The notes beneath the pieces were generated by a model. The model was not told where the DNA came from and searched no databases. It saw only the letters and a program-made list of their open reading frames with translations. A stretch of DNA of 12,828 nt, taken from assembly GCA_038213805.1 (NCBI GenBank), contig JBBQSO010000122.1, positions 1 to 12,828 of the forward strand, written 5' to 3'. Positions 1 through 6,896 of the stretch are shown here, piece by piece; the stretch's first letter is position 1; every line of letters begins with the position of its first letter. The DNA comes from Planctomycetota bacterium. Lineage in GTDB: Bacteria > Planctomycetota > UBA11346. The translations under genes and the position numbers were made by a program.

Positions 1-1849
1 GCCGCGCGCGGCAGCAGGCGGCGAGCGCGTCACGCAGGTCGACCATGTGCGTGGGCTTGATCAGATAACCGTCGAAGCCGGCGCGCGAGACCAGGGCGCT
101 GTCGCCGCGATTCCCGGTCGACGTCAGCAGGATCAGGGCGAGGGCGGCGTCGCCGCTGCGCATCTCTGCGCCGAGTTCGACGCCGCTGCGGTCGTCGAGG
201 CGCGCATCGATGACCGCGGCCTGGAAAGCGGCGCCGGGCGGCGCGGTGCGCAGCGCCGCGAGACCGGCCACGGCGTCGGCGCAGCACACCGCGCGGCAGC
301 CCCACACGTTCAGCATCTCGGCCAGCACGCGGCGGTTGAGCGCGTTCCCCTCGACCACCAGCACGCGCAGGCCGCTGATATCGCGCTCCACCGGCAGCAG
401 CGGCTGGGTGTCGCTGTCGATGGGCAGGCGGATAGTCACCGTGAACACCGAACCCGCGCCGGGGGTGCTGGCGACCGCGATGCCGCCGTGCATGGCCTCG
501 GCGAGCTGCCGACTGATCGCCAGCCCCAGGCCCGAGCCGCCGAATTCGCGGGTGGTCGAAGCGTCGGCCTGGGTGAACTCCTCGAAGATCATCGCCAGTT
601 TGTCCGGCGGGATGCCGATGCCGGTGTCGTGCACGACCAGCCCCAGCGACGCGTGGCGATCGACCTTCGCGGTGCAGGAGACGTCGCAGAAGATGTCGCC
701 GCGCGCGGTGAATTTTATGGCGTTGCCGATCAGGTTGGCGAGCAGCTGGCGCAGGCGCGCCGGATCGCCGCGTAGACGCGTCGGCACGTCCGGGGCGATG
801 CGGTAGACCATCTCCAGGCCCTTGGCCTCGGCGCCGGGCGTGAGCATGGTGAAGACCTCTTCGACGGCGAGGGCGAGGTCAAAGGGGATGGACTCGAGCT
901 CGAGCCGGCCGGCCTCGTTCTTCGAAAAATCGAGGATGTCGTTGATGATCGCCAGCAGCGCGCGGCCGGCGGTCTGGATCGAGGCGGAAAAATCGCGCTG
1001 CTCGGCGGACAAACCTCCGCCGTCGAGGAGCAGCTCGGTCATGCCCAGGATCGCGCTCAGCGGCGTACGGATCTCGTGGCTCATGTTGGCAAGGAACTGG
1101 CCCTTGGCGAGGCTGGCCTTTTCGGCAACGAAGCGCGCCGTCACGACCTCGGCGGCGGCGCGCTTAACGGCAGTGATGTTGCGTGAGATGCCGAAGGTGC
1201 CGATGATCGTTCCCGTCGCGTCGCGCAGCGGCACCTTAGTCGATGACGCCCAGGTCTCGGTGCCGTCGGGCCAGGTCTCAAGCTCCTCCTTGGCGAGGAT
1301 CGGCCTGCCGGTGCGCATGATCTCCTGCTCGTCGTCGTAGGCCCGCTGCGCGTGCTCGTGGGTGAAGAAGTCGAAGTCGGTGCGGCCGATCATCCCGGCG
1401 GCGCTGCCGACGTTGAAGAGCTCGGCCATCGCCCGGTTGACCAGGGTGAAACGGCTGCGCCGGTCCTTGAAATAGATGTGGTCGGGGATGGTCGCGACCA
1501 TGGTGTCGAGCAGTGCCTGCGAGCGTGCGCGCTCGTCGTCCAGCGCTGGCCGCCGCCCGGTGGTCGCGTAGACCACGAGCGCAGCGACGACCAGCAGCGC
1601 CAGCACCTGGCACAGGCGTTCAGCGATGGGCAGATCGGTCAGGAGCCAAGCGCCTTCGACCAGGGCGCCGACCACGGCCACGAGGGCGCCGGGGACGACG
1701 CCCCCGCGCGCAGCCAGCGCCACGGCGGCCGCCCAGATCGCGACGGCGACGGTGCCGGCCGCGGGCAGGGCCTGTAGGAACCAGCAGAGGCCGCAAGCGG
1801 CCGATGCGGCCAGGCAGGCCACGGGATAGCGGAAGCGGACGAGCCCCAT
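1..1849 (-). CDS. Membrane-bound PAS-domain hybrid sensor histidine kinase/response regulator (3' end beyond window edge)
   Basis: Translated by hand; not in the ORF track. ATG at 1849 (in-frame TGA just upstream), open for 616 codons to the edge. Hydrophobic N-terminus; PAS/PAC ([19 protein letters not shown]...GRTDFDFF...[22 protein letters not shown]); H-box [13 protein letters not shown] (His codon 1076-1078); N-box [11 protein letters not shown]1 DTGIGI; F-box [10 protein letters not shown]2 [10 protein letters not shown]; receiver (LRVLVVEGN...AVID...LLTS...GYLIKP). Confidence 0.96.
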   Translation of the reverse strand, partial: MGLVRFRYPVACLAASAACGLCWFLQALPAAGTVAVAIWAAAVALAARGGVVPGALVAVVGALVEGAWLLTDLPIAERLCQVLALLVVAALVVYATTGRRPALDDERARSQALLDTMVATIPDHIYFKDRRSRFTLVNRAMAELFNVGSAAGMIGRTDFDFFTHEHAQRAYDDEQEIMRTGRPILAKEELETWPDGTETWASSTKVPLRDATGTIIGTFGISRNITAVKRAAAEVVTARFVAEKASLAKGQFLANMSHEIRTPLSAILGMTELLLDGGGLSAEQRDFSASIQTAGRALLAIINDILDFSKNEAGRLELESIPFDLALAVEEVFTMLTPGAEAKGLEMVYRIAPDVPTRLRGDPARLRQLLANLIGNAIKFTARGDIFCDVSCTAKVDRHASLGLVVHDTGIGIPPDKLAMIFEEFTQADASTTREFGGSGLGLAISRQLAEAMHGGIAVASTPGAGSVFTVTIRLPIDSDTQPLLPVERDISGLRVLVVEGNALNRRVLAEMLNVWGCRAVCCADAVAGLAALRTAPPGAAFQAAVIDARLDDRSGVELGAEMRSGDAALALILLTSTGNRGDSALVSRAGFDGYLIKPTHMVDLRDALAACCRAR

Positions 1850-1950
1850 GGGATATCATAACCCCAAAGGGGACTTGGCGCTCTGGCGAAAGCCCCGGAT
1901 CGCGCGTCACCCGCTCCAGAAGTGGGCCAGCACGTCGTTGGCGACCTCGA

Positions 1951-2208
1951 TCAGAGCGGCGTGCCGCTGCCGACCTGGGCGTGGGGGAACAGCACGGTGC
2001 CGAGCACGACCAGGATGAAGCCGGTCAGATAGATGCCGAACGGCTTTTTCGCCACCTCCCAGTGGATGATGGCGAAGATCAGGTCGATGATGGGAAGCAG
2101 GATGCAGCCGATGCCCCACAGGATGTTCACTTTGAAGGCCTCGATCACCAGCCAGATCCAGCCGATGAAGAGCATGATGCCACCGAGGCCGAGGAGCAGG
2201 GTACCCAT
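1951..2208 (-). CDS. Small hydrophobic membrane protein, 85 aa, about 3 TM helices, unknown function
   Basis: ATG at 2208 after GGGAAGGAAAACC; MGTLLLGLGGIMLFIGWIWLVIEAFKVNILWGIGCILLPIIDLIFAIIHWEVAKKPF...; GC-rich third codon positions. The longer ORF-track start at 2361 is unlikely. Confidence 0.85.
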   Translation of the reverse strand: MGTLLLGLGGIMLFIGWIWLVIEAFKVNILWGIGCILLPIIDLIFAIIHWEVAKKPFGIYLTGFILVVLGTVLFPHAQVGSGTPL

Positions 2209-2264
2209 GGTTTTCCTTCCCAGCGATGTGGCGGCGGAAGGCCGCGCTGCGCTGGTTCGCGGGC

Positions 2265-2293
2265 AGGGTAGGTACTGGGCATCCGGCTGACAA
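2265..2293 (-). promoter_or_regulatory. Putative sigma70-type promoter for the 85-aa membrane protein
   Basis: TTGTCA (2293-2288), 17-nt spacer, TACCCT (2270-2265), about 55 nt upstream of the ATG. Confidence 0.45.
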
Positions 2294-2405
2294 GGAGGGA
2301 AGGCGGATTGCCCCGGGCGGGCGACCGCGGACCTTGCGATGTGGAAGCCTGCGATGGTCATGCATCGACCGTCAAGCGGACGACGCGGCAGCGACGGACC
2401 ATGCC

Positions 2406-2855
2406 TCAGGCCTGGTCCGGCTCAACGGTTCCATCACCGCCATCCTCACCGCCGCGCACGAGCATGTTCAAATCCTCCGTCGTGCCGCCGATGACCAGGA
2501 CATGGACGTCCGCAGCGCAACCGCCATTCAATCCGGCGACATCACGCAACCTCGCAATGACCTCGGCCAGCGGCTCATCGTCGTCATGCGCAGTCGTCGT
2601 AGCGGAGACTGGACACGTGCCGTGCGCCATCCGCCATTCGATTTCACCATCGAGCGCGTCTTCCCACAAACGGCTCGCGCAGCCCCAGGCAGCGATCCAG
2701 CGCACCGGTGTTTCCAGGATCTGCGTGGCCAGACGCCGCATCTCCATGGTCGACAGCGCGGGCTCGCATGAGACCAGGACCAGCCAATACGCCGTGGTCG
2801 AGGGCGGGACGAAGGGGTCGTGGCGCTGGATGTGCTGGGCTTTCACTGTCCTCAC
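2406..2855 (-). CDS. Hypothetical soluble alpha/beta protein, about 146-149 aa (start uncertain: GTG 2855 or 2846)
   Basis: C-terminal part of ORF 2406..3149 reads like a folded protein (YWLVLVS...RWIAAWGCASRLWEDALD...TTTAHDDDEPLAEVI...VLVIGG). The ORF's N-terminal part overlaps the next gene and is discarded. Confidence 0.7.
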   Translation of the reverse strand: MRTVKAQHIQRHDPFVPPSTTAYWLVLVSCEPALSTMEMRRLATQILETPVRWIAAWGCASRLWEDALDGEIEWRMAHGTCPVSATTTAHDDDEPLAEVIARLRDVAGLNGGCAADVHVLVIGGTTEDLNMLVRGGEDGGDGTVEPDQA

Positions 2856-2907
2856 TTCGTTTTCCCTGGGTCCGACCATCACTGCGGCGGGAACTCGCTT
2901 CGTTCCA

Positions 2908-3480
2908 TCACGTCCCGGTAACGCCAGTATCCGCTGCCCTATCCTGCGAGGCGATCGCGATGGTCTGCTCGACCCTGGCGATGTCGGCTTCCCGCACGTA
3001 GAGCATCTTGACGATCCCTCCCTCGATCCGGCACGGGATACCCTCGCTCTTGAGCCGGCCCAGATCGCTGATGGCCATGAGGCTGCTGTCGTCGCCAAGG
3101 TAGGTCTTGATCGGGAACATGTCCGACAAAAGGCGCCCATCGCTCGCAACGTTGTCGCGATGTGCCTCCTGCTCCTGAACCACTTCTGCCAACCGCAGCG
3201 CCTTCTCGGCGTCCCCCTCCAGCAATACCCGGACCTCCAAGACGAGGTAGTAGCTCATGGTGATGGTCAGGACCGCGGTGAGCCCGAAGTAGTTCGTCAG
3301 GATGGGCATGTGCACTACCACCCCGACGAGGCAGATCAGCGGCCAGAGAGCGAGGCTGAGGAAGCACAGGCGTATCGCCCGATGCCCGGCGTAGCCGATC
3401 GCGCCAAGTCGCAGGGCGATGGCCGTCAGGAACAGGACGTGGATCAACGCGAGGTACAATGCGAAGGTGCTGACAAACAC
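2908..3480 (-). CDS. Membrane protein, 190 aa: about 3 N-terminal TM helices and a C-terminal DUF2007-like domain
   Basis: GTG start with GGAGG upstream; hydrophobic first ~85 aa; C-terminal IKTY...GRLKSEGIPCRI...LYVREAD resembles DUF2007 from memory. Confidence 0.72.
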   Translation of the reverse strand: MFVSTFALYLALIHVLFLTAIALRLGAIGYAGHRAIRLCFLSLALWPLICLVGVVVHMPILTNYFGLTAVLTITMSYYLVLEVRVLLEGDAEKALRLAEVVQEQEAHRDNVASDGRLLSDMFPIKTYLGDDSSLMAISDLGRLKSEGIPCRIEGGIVKMLYVREADIARVEQTIAIASQDRAADTGVTGT

Positions 3481-3591
3481 TCAACACCTCCAAACTGCGG
3501 GTGAACGGGAACTGATCGCGGTGGCGTCAGCCTGCGTGGAATCCGCCCTTGGCAATTGGCAAAGAACGCAGCACTGCCTGGCTTGTCATGA

Positions 3592-3954
3592 TCACTTTGC
3601 GAGATCCTCGGCCTCGGTGATGTATATTTCCAGGCGTCCCATACCAGAGCGCTTGATCTCGTCACGGATCTGGCCGGCGCCGATGCTCCTGACGAGCTTT
3701 TCCAATCCTTCGGTGAACGACTCGGCGTATTCGCCGTCGAGTGGAAAACGGTCCGCAAGCGCATAGTACTTCACGCGCTCACTTTCGCCGCCATTCAACG
3801 CCTGCGACAGGTTGCGATCGAACATCTCATATATGAAATACCGCTCCATCCGATCGACCGCGAAGCGGTCCATGGTCAGATAGCAGACCGCCGCTGCGGC
3901 AATGGCCAGGAGCATGACGAGTGCAGCCAGGAAAACGTGCTTTGTGGCCTGCAT
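3592..3954 (-). CDS. Hypothetical protein with N-terminal membrane anchor, 120 aa
   Basis: ATG 3954 overlaps the upstream stop (TGATG), suggesting translational coupling; hydrophobic segment VFLAALVMLLAIAAAAVCYL; lower GC than the flanks. Confidence 0.7.
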   Translation of the reverse strand: MQATKHVFLAALVMLLAIAAAAVCYLTMDRFAVDRMERYFIYEMFDRNLSQALNGGESERVKYYALADRFPLDGEYAESFTEGLEKLVRSIGAGQIRDEIKRSGMGRLEIYITEAEDLAK

Positions 3955-4379
3955 CACGGACTCGTGCTTGGCACCCGGTTGGAAGCAATGGTGCTCTCAA
4001 TCAGCGCCAGCATCGCTGCGATGTCCTGCTTCCCATACAAGGCGAGCGGCACTTTGACCAGGACCTTGCCATCACTGCCGAGCAGGTTCGCGGTAATGAT
4101 CTGCTTGCGGATGGGATAGATCACCCTGGTGACCTTCGCGACCCGCGCGAGGTCGATCGTGATCCTGTTCACGGTGATGGCGTTGCCCTCCGGATCGATG
4201 GTCACCCGCGTGCGGATGGCCGAGACCAGGAGGATGAGCGAGATCGCGGTCACCCCGACCGCGATATTCCTGATCAGCATGCCGCCCTCGACCACGCCGT
4301 AGGCGATCCCCGCGCCGCACAGCAGGGTGACGGCGAGCAGCTTCGCCAGGCTGAAAAGGCTGGGGCGATACGTAGTCAT
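3954..4379 (-). CDS. Hypothetical 2-TM protein, 141 aa, with a beta-rich C-terminus (possibly bacterial PH-like)
   Basis: ATG 4379; two hydrophobic segments, then RTRVTID...ITVNRITIDLARVAKV...VLVKVPLALY and a terminal helix. Confidence 0.72.
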   Translation of the reverse strand: MTTYRPSLFSLAKLLAVTLLCGAGIAYGVVEGGMLIRNIAVGVTAISLILLVSAIRTRVTIDPEGNAITVNRITIDLARVAKVTRVIYPIRKQIITANLLGSDGKVLVKVPLALYGKQDIAAMLALIESTIASNRVPSTSP

Positions 4380-4607
4380 AGTGAGGGTTCCATGGTGACG
4401 AGATGCCACGGCCAAGCCTGGCAGGGAAATTCCAGCATGTGCAGCCCGATCCGGAGGCAATCGCCGCCCTCACGGGACCAGCAGCGACTCGCTGAGGAGC
4501 ATCAGCGACTACTTTTTCAGTGCCGTGACATTGCCCGCCAACGCGACGCCATGGAGTCTATATCAGGCCGTCACCAGAACCGCATTCGACGCATGCGGTC
4601 CGCCACC

Positions 4608-4898
4608 CTATTTGTCATTCCTAATCAGATGATCTTCGATCCGCAGCCACTTCGACACCTTGCCATACGGCCAGATCGAAAATCCGCAGCAATCGAACAG
4701 GCTGTCCTTGACCGCATAGAGGATCATGACCTCGCCATCGCGGGTCGCGACGAAGCTGCCGCCGTCGACCTTCACCCCATAGCGCTGCTCGCAGAGGCTG
4801 GCGCCGTGATGCATCACGCCGATGACCACCAGGACCATCCCGCCGAGGAACAGGACGGTGACGGCGATGAGCGCGATCCAGATTTTCGCAGTGGACAC
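4608..4898 (-). CDS. Hypothetical protein with N-terminal TM helix, 96 aa
   Basis: GTG start; IWIALIAVTVLFLGGMVLVVIGV segment; three Cys in the soluble part; co-oriented with neighbours. Confidence 0.6.
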   Translation of the reverse strand: MSTAKIWIALIAVTVLFLGGMVLVVIGVMHHGASLCEQRYGVKVDGGSFVATRDGEVMILYAVKDSLFDCCGFSIWPYGKVSKWLRIEDHLIRNDK

Positions 4899-5001
4899 AG
4901 GGATCGCCTTGGCAGAGGGCTCATCGCGGGCAGGCGCTCACCACACCAATGTAGCATGATCCCGGTGGCCAGGAAAGCCCCGTCCGCGATCTCCCGCTAT
5001 G

Positions 5002-5349
5002 CTACTTGTCCGCAGGTGCCGGAACTCCATCCCGGGTGACGGCGATCTTCGACGCGACGCCATCGACAAATCTCACCCAGATCTTGTCGCCCACCTCCAG
5101 ATCGGCGAATGTCGCCGGCTTCTTGTTGATGGTGATCAGCGTGTGGTCGTCGACGGTCACGTCCGCCGATTTCTTCACCGTTGGCGACGTGCTCTTGAGC
5201 GCTATCCGGTGATCCGTGCGGGACAGCGTGTCGATGAGCCCTTCGAACGTGTAGCCTTGGCCGGGCTTGAACTCCATCGCCAGGGCCGGTGCGGGAAGCA
5301 CGAGCGCGGCGAGCAGCAGGAGGAGGCCGAGGATGCGGGTGGATACCAT
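5002..5349 (-). CDS. Small secreted beta-rich protein, 115 aa (DUF5666/OB-fold-like)
   Basis: ATG 5349 after GAGGT; Sec signal ILGLLLLLAALVLPAPALA-M; FEGLI...VTVDDHTLITINKKPATFADLEVGDKIWVRF...ASKI. Confidence 0.82.
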   Translation of the reverse strand: MVSTRILGLLLLLAALVLPAPALAMEFKPGQGYTFEGLIDTLSRTDHRIALKSTSPTVKKSADVTVDDHTLITINKKPATFADLEVGDKIWVRFVDGVASKIAVTRDGVPAPADK

Positions 5350-5384
5350 GCTGACCTCGCTGGGGGTACGGATCGGGATCAGCG

Positions 5385-5414
5385 AGTATGTGGCGGATGA
5401 GCGAGCCGGTTCAA
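5385..5414 (-). promoter_or_regulatory. Possible sigma70-type promoter for the secreted beta-rich protein
   Basis: TTGAAC (5414-5409), 18-nt spacer, CATACT (5390-5385). Confidence 0.3.
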
Positions 5415-5476
5415 GGACGAAACCGCCGGGCGCCACGCCGCCACGAGCAGCCGCTGAGACGCGACAGCACAGGACT

Positions 5477-6880
5477 TCAGACGCCTTTGAGCCCGCCCTT
5501 GTACCCGCAGAACTCCTCAGTCGTGACCCCCAGCCGCTGCAGCACGGTGACGAAGAGGTTGGCCAGCGGCAGCTCTTCAAACGCGAACTTGCCGCTGTAC
5601 GTGGCATCCGAATCCGCGCCGGCGCCGGCCTGGTTGTCCTCATTGCCCTTGCCGAACTTGAGGAACCTGCCGTTCTGGAACCCAAGGTTCTTGCCGCCGG
5701 CAGAGATGATCGGGTAGTTCCGCGAGGTGTGGAAGCTGCTCGAGGCGGATCCATGCATGGCGAAGGTATTGTCGAGCATGGTGCCCTTGCCGATGGCTTC
5801 CGGCGTGTCCTTCAGCTTCTGCACGAAGCGGCCGAATTCCTCCGCCTGGAAGCGGTTGTACAGGCCGAGGTGCTTCCAGCCCTCCGGCTTCTTGACGTCG
5901 TGGGTCAGGCCGTGGGCGCCATTGAAACCAACCGCCTTGGCAAGGTTGTCGTGGATGCCCTCGCCATTCTCGCGGCCGAGCTGGAAGGTCGCCACGCGCG
6001 TCGAGTCGCTGCGGAAGGCGAGGTAGATCAGCGCGTACATGGTCTGGATGTAGACGCGCGCATCATTGGGATCGACGTCCAGTTTCAGACTGGCCTCATC
6101 GACCTTGGGGACAGGGGTGTCGATCCACTTGGTCGCCTGCGCCAGCTTGCGTTCGGTGTCGCGTACCGAGTCCAGGTACTGGGCGAGGGTCTGCTGGTCG
6201 TGCTGGGAGACCTGCCCTTGCATCGTCCGCGCGTTGGCAAGCAGCAGGTCGAGGGCGCTCTTGCTGCGCGCCAGTTTTTCGCGCGCGTCCTTGTCCTGGG
6301 CGACGAAGAGCTGGTCGAAGATCTGCTTGGGCCGGTTGAGCGCCGGGATCGGGCGGCCCTCGCGGTTGAACGATTGCGTCTGCGCGCCGCGCGGAGCGCC
6401 GGTGCCGCCGTTGGTCGACATGACCAGGGATGAGAAGCGGGTCGCCTCGCCCGCCTTTTCGGCATAGACCTGATCGACCGAGATCGAGTTCGCATAGGGC
6501 CCGGAGCCCCCGACGGGCGCCGCGGTCAGGTACTGGTCGGCGTTCGAGTGGCCGTGGACCGTGCGGGCGACAGGATGGGACAACCCTGAGTAGATGGTGA
6601 TATCCTTGCGCAAGGGCTCCAGCACATCGAGCACCTTGGTCAGGACGAAGGTGTCGCCCTGGACGCGCGGGAACCAGCTCCAATCGGTGAACGCCGGATC
6701 CGCCTTGAGCGGCATGCCGACGCCATCGGGATGGTAGACGCTGACGAAGCGCTTCGGCGCGGTCTTCGCTCCGCTCGCCGGCGCGTCGCCGGCGAAGGAC
6801 TCCAGGGTCGGCAGCATCAGCGCGATGCCAGAACCGATGAGGAAGCGGCGGCGGCTGGCGGGGATGTTCATGAGATTCAT
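5477..6880 (-). CDS. DUF1552 domain-containing protein, 467 aa, Tat-like N-terminus
   Basis: ATG 6880 after CAGGAG; SRRRFLIGSGIALMLPTLES, PKRFVSVYHPDGV, SISVDQ, YLDSVRDTERKL, LAFRSDSTRVAT, HGLTH, GTMLDNT, PLANLFVTVLQRLGV; 16 nt downstream of its usual partner gene. Confidence 0.92.
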   Translation of the reverse strand: MNLMNIPASRRRFLIGSGIALMLPTLESFAGDAPASGAKTAPKRFVSVYHPDGVGMPLKADPAFTDWSWFPRVQGDTFVLTKVLDVLEPLRKDITIYSGLSHPVARTVHGHSNADQYLTAAPVGGSGPYANSISVDQVYAEKAGEATRFSSLVMSTNGGTGAPRGAQTQSFNREGRPIPALNRPKQIFDQLFVAQDKDAREKLARSKSALDLLLANARTMQGQVSQHDQQTLAQYLDSVRDTERKLAQATKWIDTPVPKVDEASLKLDVDPNDARVYIQTMYALIYLAFRSDSTRVATFQLGRENGEGIHDNLAKAVGFNGAHGLTHDVKKPEGWKHLGLYNRFQAEEFGRFVQKLKDTPEAIGKGTMLDNTFAMHGSASSSFHTSRNYPIISAGGKNLGFQNGRFLKFGKGNEDNQAGAGADSDATYSGKFAFEELPLANLFVTVLQRLGVTTEEFCGYKGGLKGV

Positions 6881-6896
6881 GGCACGCTCCTGAAGG

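Noticed and set aside
47..2271. Overlapping plus-strand ORFs (47..775, 210..806, 822..1340, 1352..1777, 1513..2271) and off-frame minus ORFs
   Set aside because: Antisense or off-frame shadows of the histidine kinase and the 85-aa gene; Arg/Ala/Pro-rich with no motifs, as expected in high-GC DNA.
2209..5001. Integron attC sites between the small genes
   Set aside because: No RYYYAAC...GTTRRRY-bounded palindromes seen by eye, and two of the genes overlap (TGATG) with no room for a site.
2308..5039. Long plus-strand ORFs 2308..3504 (398 aa) and 3921..5039 (372 aa)
   Set aside because: Each spans several better-supported minus-strand genes (TM segments, RBS or stop-start coupling) and shows no recognisable domain.
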